From the human T2T-CHM13v2.0 reference genome, Homo sapiens, in the NCBI RefSeq assembly GCF_009914755.1, contig NC_060940.1: a DNA stretch of 64,000 bases. The stretch is one strand, 5' to 3'. Below the pieces are notes generated by a model, which was given only the letters and a program-made list of their open reading frames with translations, was not told where the DNA came from and did not search any database. The position numbers and the translations under genes are program-made. Positions within the stretch are counted from its first letter, which is position 1. The number at the start of each line of letters is the position of its first letter. Below, one piece after another: positions 1 through 64,000 of this stretch.

Positions 1-4
1 AAAT

Positions 5-10
5 TTTATT
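5..10 (-). terminator. Candidate distal poly(A) signal AATAAA (cleavage would fall just outside the window)
   Basis: tttatt on + strand. Confidence 0.6.
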
Positions 11-1756
11 TAAAAAGAAAACAAATGGTGCACAGTGAAGACAGAGGTAATGCTGTTCTAGGGATGAAAAAGGTGACTCTCAATAGAGTGAGAAGAGGCA
101 AAAAGCAGAAAAGTCAAACAGCATCTACCTCAGAAAACAGGTCATGATCGAAGTCTAAGAGTACCAGATTGCACTTCCAAAAGCCTGAAGGAAAAACATA
201 GCTTGATATATTAGTGAATGTCATATGGAAAATGAAAGGGCAAGAACAAAAGGTATAAGAATACCAGTAATATGGGTCCAATTTTCCAGGCGGTCAGGCT
301 GGAGGGTGCAGTCCACTGGTGGCACTTTGAAATGGAAGTGAAAATTCTACCTTGTAAGATAAAAGAGATTAGGATGAGGAGATGTTTTCTAATTCTATAT
401 TTTTAGTTTTAAAAACACTTGTTTCTCTTGCTTTGATATTTTCTAGCTTTCTGGTTGACCTAGAGGTTGTTTTTGTTCTGAACAAAGGGGATGTAAATCT
501 GTTTGCTCCCATTCATGGATTTAATTAGGCATGTTGCCCAATCTCTAATAAATCACGGGTTTAGTTTTTCTTTGTTAAGGTAGTCAGAGGCCTTCAGGCA
601 TGAGTGACTTATTAAAATGTACTCTGATAGTTGGGGATGAATTATCATCCTGATATTGTCAATCACTTGATAATTTTTATCCCAAAATCTCTCTCCTGGT
701 TGTTTTGTCCTACACAAAGATGACATTTTATTCTCATATTTGTTCACAGACATGATTCACATTTTTCTATCTAGTGCATAAGGAAATCATTCTACATTCA
801 GCAATAGTGCCAGTTTGACTAAAAAAAAAATTTTCCATATCCACAAAAATGTTAATCAGATTCTTGTTAGAACATGTGTAAGAACTGGTTTTCATTTTCA
901 CAGCTCTTGATGTCAGATTACTAAAATAATTTATGTTTTGTTGTGGGAACATGAGTGCACGCAAAACCTCTCCAATCACAGGACCACTTCTCAGCCCACA
1001 CGTCTTCATAACACATAGAAATTATTTGTGTTTTGTGGTAACGAATGAATGGCAGGAACAGCAGAATTTCAGTGTGGCCTTTCTTTATTTGATTAAACAT
1101 ATTCTTTATGTATTCTTAAAAAAACTAATTTAAGTTAAATGGCAGTAAACCATGATAATTTAGAAAACATGGTGAAACTGAGAGTGAAGAGAAATGTTCT
1201 TTACGTAAACCACACTGTAAACCATAAAACTTATTTTTGTCAACTGCTTTTCATGACAGTGGCTGGGAATTTGACATTTCTACTACAGTAGGCAAAAATA
1301 CATGTAAAATACACTCTCCCACATACCACATCACATCTCTATTTGTATTTCCAAACTAAAAGCATTACAGCCCAAAAAAGTGCTGAGTGCACTGGTCTAG
1401 TTACACCAAGAAGTGTATGTTCACACCAGCAACACCTTAAGCTGGTATCTGTGTGGCAAGGCCACTGCTGGTGGCCCCTGACGCCAAGCCCTCTTCAATG
1501 GATCCAGTTTGGCTCACCAAGAGAAATCCACTGCTCTTTAACCCAAAAGGTGGTAAGCTTTTCAATGGCCTCCAGTTACCACAAGATAAAACAAACAAAA
1601 TTCTCAAACAGATTATGAAACCCAACTGAAGTATCCACATGACAGCGTTCAATACTACCTCGCCACTTCAAAATGTGTCAGCAGCAATTAGCTATGAAAA
1701 TGAGTGTTGTGAAAATTCGCAATAGTTTGAAACTGAATATTTTAAAACTAGATATC

Positions 1757-1762
1757 TTTAAT
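1757..1762 (-). terminator. Candidate proximal poly(A) signal ATTAAA (~2.2 kb UTR)
   Basis: tttaat on + strand; fits a shorter annotated 3' end as I recall it. Confidence 0.5.
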
Positions 1763-3907
1763 ATGACAGTAAACAATGTGACAGAAACATGGCTGTTTCT
1801 CTCATCTTGTCTGAGATATACATTCCATACAGGTGACTGGGTCCCATAAGTTTTCTAAGAAAAACTTTTCCTTTCCACTTAATGATCCTAAGAAGTCAGT
1901 GCAATCTGGTTCTTCTCCCTGCAGAAGGGTTATTTAGTTTGGGATGTAACATTTTACAACAATAATACAAACCTCCTGGGAGAATACCACAATAAATGTC
2001 TCAAAAACCACTCAGTTAATCCCAGGGTATAATCTGGCTGTTTTAAATTACTGCAGGGAATATTATGGGCCTTAATGACACTGTAACTGCATAAAGCCAA
2101 AGAAAGCTAGAAAAAGGGGCCAAAAAAATGAGCTCAGAGCCAGCCGAAGTGACAACAAACATGTGGTTGTTTACTAGGACTGGAGAGGTTTAGTCTGCAG
2201 ATGTTTGTGGTCTCTAGAAGGTTCCAGAGGAACGAGTTGTTATGAAGATTTGCAGAGTTGGATGAGAGCAAGATTCTTCTCGGAGATGGCAGGCCCCAGG
2301 ACAGGGAGGCCCAGTGGTATAGACAGAATTTATAGATTTCTGTGGTCAGATCATACTCTACTGGTCCCACAATGTACATCAACAAATTAATATTGTACGG
2401 ATGTCATTTCAAAGCCTTCTAAAGACGAGAGTCATTATTGAAGCCATTAGAGCACAGATGGTTCAAACTATATGCAGATATTCATACTTGCATTTTTGCA
2501 TTATAGCTGCTTTTTTTTTCTATTGAACTGTAATGAATTGTCTCATAATCTATTCCATCTTCTTGCCATTAGCAGGCTTTGAATGTTCACAAATAGGAGC
2601 AAAGAACTCATTTTCCAGAGCTTTAATCACACAAAGAGGGAATGCCTAATTCTCTAAATGAAATGGTCTGTGATCACTGAAGCAGAGATTTAATATATCA
2701 CGGCAAATTAGGTAGATTTTAATAAATTACTTATCTCCCTGAATACTTTACATATGCTTAAGAAGGAACATAGCCTGTTTGCAAACAGTGAAAACCCACA
2801 GCCTATAAAAATCCTTTGAAGAAAATGACAAATAAAAAAGTAAATTAAAAAATGAAATGCATTATATCCTAGACCTCTAGAGACAATTCCTTTGCAGCAT
2901 TGATTCACAGCTCCATTAAAAATATCAATTAAATCCTTCAGTGAGATTGGGTAAAAGCTAGAAAATTAACTTTCAGAGCTGCTTTTCGAGGATCTGGTTA
3001 CCCAGATACACCCTGGCACTGTACTGGCTTGATGTAAATTTAAAAAATGATAAAAAGATACTCCTTTCACGTCTAACTAAGCATATCAGAATTTGAGTTA
3101 TACTTTTCATAATTTCTTTCTGTGTCATATACTAAGTTTTCAACGTGTAAATTTCACATCTATCTATATACCTATCTCCTTTTTATATATACATCCCTGG
3201 GTCACCATTACAAATGTATGAAAATAATACAAATAGAATGAACTTTTAAGAAAGAAAGACAAAAAACTTGCAGTCATTGAATAAGTTGGTGCTAAGTTTC
3301 ATTCTTTATATTTAATTGATAGAAACTGCATGCATCAAAGAAAATGCATACTGAGCTTTAATGTGCATAAAATGGATATTAGCATTTTAAAGAGGAAGAT
3401 TAACACATTAATCCAAGTAATTTTCATATATTGCTTCTAATAAAATCTTCACAGTATAAAACTCTTAATGAAGCTAATCATAGGCATTCCATTTAGTGGG
3501 ACGATTAGGGATAACATAAAAGTATTTCTTTTTCATAGGTTTTCTAAGATTTATGCTTTTGCTTATTAAAAATAAAAATGGGAATTGCATTTCGGTTCTT
3601 CCTAAGAAAATGTTGAAAATGCAAATAGACTTTCTCACGCTATCACGTAGGTATAAATTATTGAGAAGGTACTGCCCATTATGGAGAACTTAAGTCCTGA
3701 GGGGTGGCAGTTATGAGAAGGAGGGAATAGAGAAATAAACAAATGAAAAAGTATACAAAACTTCAACACTTCAAACCCAGGTCTCCCCGCTCCCAGCTTC
3801 CCATGAATTATAGATTATATACACCAGAGTAATTACAAAAATCTCATGTAGGTACTTTCATGTGAGCATTTACTGAGGAGTAGGAGATGCCTCTGGAGCA
3901 TTTGCTT

Positions 3908-60717
<56,810 letters not shown>

Positions 60718-61179
60718 TTAAAAATAAAGTCCACACAATTGGAAAGGTAAGTAAAAATCAGGTTTAAGGACACATTTCAAATTACTTTAATTCCTGTTCC
60801 ACACCAGTCTTGATCTAGTATTGTTCTGGTCAGAAAGGAAACTGAGCTAGCACCTCGACAAAGACAGCAGGGGAATGAGGAATAAATGAACACTATCATG
60901 TGTCTACCATATGATTCACTTGCTCATCAAAAACCCAAGACATAAGTTCACAGTATTAATATAAGGAAATTGTGGCCTCTGGGACTTCAAAGGAATGTTC
61001 TATTTAAAATACCTGAGAAAATGTGTTTCAAAATCTGTGATTTTTTACTTACTTATTAAGGCTCCTGAAAAGCATGTGGAAAAAAAATTGTCTTTTAGTT
61101 TTTTAATTGACATCTTTGAATTTTATTTTCCCAACTTAGCATATAGTATTTTTATTAAAACAAGGTAATTTCCAGAACA

Positions 61180-61328
61180 TGGTAGGGGGGTGAGGGATGA
61201 GAAATTACCTGTTGGGTATAATGTACATTATTCGAGTGATGGTTACACTGAAAGGCCAGACTTCATCACTACCTAATATACCCATGTGCACTTGTACCCT
61301 CTAAATCCATAATAAAAAAATTAAAAAG
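61180..61328 (+). mobile_element. L1PB/L1MA extreme 3' end
   Basis: aaattacctgttgggtataatgtac...cacttgtaccctctaaatc-poly(A). Confidence 0.8.
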
Positions 61329-61438
61329 TAAGGAAATTCTGAATCTGTATTTAGTCAACCATACTTCCAACAGGTCTATTACATTAGGAGGACTGGATTC
61401 TTAAGCCATGCATGGTGGTATCAATAATAATTCATATG

Positions 61439-61750
<312 letters not shown>

Positions 61751-62451
61751 TCACTGAGTTCATGCTACTAATCAGTCGGAATGGACTTGGAGCTAGTGCT
61801 AAGAAATGGAATAATGGTTATGCTTGTCTAGGTACTCAGTTGCTATGACCCACAAGCAGGAGGGTAGAGTAGAATTTAGAAGATAGCAAATTCATAAAGA
61901 GACTAATTTTTCACTCCCTGCATTAAACATGTTTAGCTTTTTTTAAAAAAAGCATAATAGCTAGCGAACAAATCCACAGTATTTGATAATCTCACGTACT
62001 TAAGTGTACTCTTTGCTAGAGCTCACTGTCACACTCAGGTATCCTCCTTTGTTGACTCCCTGTGGACTAACTCTAAGCCATGTCATCTAAAGTATCTCTA
62101 CCAATTTCATCCTGCTCTCAACCATTTATGTTTATCATAAGTCTTCAATTTATGTTGTACATTTTTGTTTCCTTTTCTTAAAAAAATGAACACATTTGCC
62201 AAGAATTCTTTGCACAAAGGCATTTGCATACTGACTGCATTTTAAACAAAAATATGTTTCTGACTTTTATAAGGCATTGTGTTCTCAAGCTATAAATACT
62301 ACATATAAATAAAAATGTTAAATTACACAGTTAGGAATAAATTTGGATGTTTTTAATGTCATATAATTCTTGGCAGTCTAAAAAGTAAAAAAATAAAAAA
62401 ATAAAAAAAAAAAACCTGTGATCCTAGGCAATACAGAGACATTTTACATCA

Positions 62452-62747
<296 letters not shown>

Positions 62748-62851
62748 TCAAATATACTGTATAAACACTTTTGTCTTATTGATAGAAGGTTACAAGGTTA
62801 TCCTAGAGTATAAATTGCTTATATCTAGTTTACTAAAGAAAAGAATATCCA

Positions 62852-63194
<343 letters not shown>

Positions 63195-64000
63195 TTAAAT
63201 ACTTGTCTTTAAACTAAAAATTCAGATGAATAATAAATATGGATTTATATGAGATAAACTTTTTTGTTAGAGAATAGAATAAGTAAGTGGGACTCTGTAT
63301 GTTGATTAAATTAAAACAACATCTAGATAGAATGGTTAGGTAACAAAAAGAAGGCAAATATAGTCCGAAGTATGTAAAAACAAAGGTACTGAGGATAATA
63401 TAATTTTATTCTCTGGCCAGTAAAACATTTTAGGGTTTCTAAGGGTGAGCTAAAGTGTAAAGGGCATGACTGTTCCATCTTTATCCAGACACACTGTATT
63501 TTGATTATCATTTCTATGTTCTGGTTTTCCTTTTCTTTCAATTTTTCAGAGCAGGGTTCCTATATGTTATTAGGTAGAAATAAACTTATTTATTTAAATG
63601 TTTCCAGCCTTTCCTAACTGTTGTTTCAACAACGATATCTCCATTCACTGATATTTTTTAAACAAGGGCATTATTAGTGGAAAAATAACTTAGTGTGAGA
63701 AGACATTACTGAGTACCTGTAACTTACCTTCTACTGAATTTTATTTAGAATTATCCACTACATTTTTCCTTTCTCAAACTGTTTATTTGGGACATAACTC
63801 CTGGGTCTTTAAAAAGTACTGAAATGCTATAGTTCAAAGAGGAAATATACTTGCTGAATTATAATAGGCAAAATCAAAGCACTCTGTACAAGATGAAAAA
63901 TAACCTCCTTACCTTATGATTTGACAAAAAGCAGGTCAAGCTAAACAGCATTTTATTCAAATGAGATAACATTTCACTCTTTTAAAATTATGTTCTTCCA

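Larger units (their letters stand above)
1..3907 (-). other. RPGRIP1L: RPGRIP1L 3' UTR (long form, ~3.9 kb, Alu-free)
   Basis: Follows the stop codon; minus-strand poly(A) hexamers at 3311, 2718, 1757 (ATTAAA) and 1084, 727, 5 (AATAAA). Confidence 0.75.

Noticed and set aside
1651-1662. let-7-like GAGGTAGTA on the minus strand, and CTACCTC(A) seed matches at 125 and 1655
   Set aside because: Seed matches are on the non-transcribed strand; the 9-nt similarity has no pre-miRNA hairpin

Overview
Human/hominid AT-rich, Alu-rich genomic DNA. The window is the 3' two-thirds of the ciliopathy gene RPGRIP1L (NPHP8/MKS5/FTM, 16q12.2, next to FTO) on the minus strand. I traced 17 coding exons (conventional numbers 11-27, 2705 coding nt, about aa 415-1315) with GT-AG boundaries and consistent phases, plus a ~3.9 kb 3' UTR with several poly(A) signals. 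Introns hold ~30 Alus, a full-length SVA with TSDs, old L1/L2/MIR/MaLR/hAT relics and microsatellites. I found no prokaryotic-type system, CRISPR array or RNA gene; most ORF-track entries are Alu/SVA or chance ORFs. The most interesting layer is isoform control of the C-terminal half: (1) an exonised antisense Alu forms an in-frame 46-aa exon near inverted Alus and the SVA; (2) exon 26 reads through to a stop codon that overlaps a poly(A) signal; (3) exon 20 has a weak NAGNAG acceptor; (4) a PP1-docking KVSF motif overlaps a latent in-frame splice donor. Other finds are a GC3/CpG-outlier exon, candidate developmental enhancers, a tail-less Alu with TSD, palindrome clusters and local duplications. 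Exon numbers and residue numbers rely on my recollection of the reference transcript. Repeat subfamily calls and repeat boundaries are by eye and approximate.
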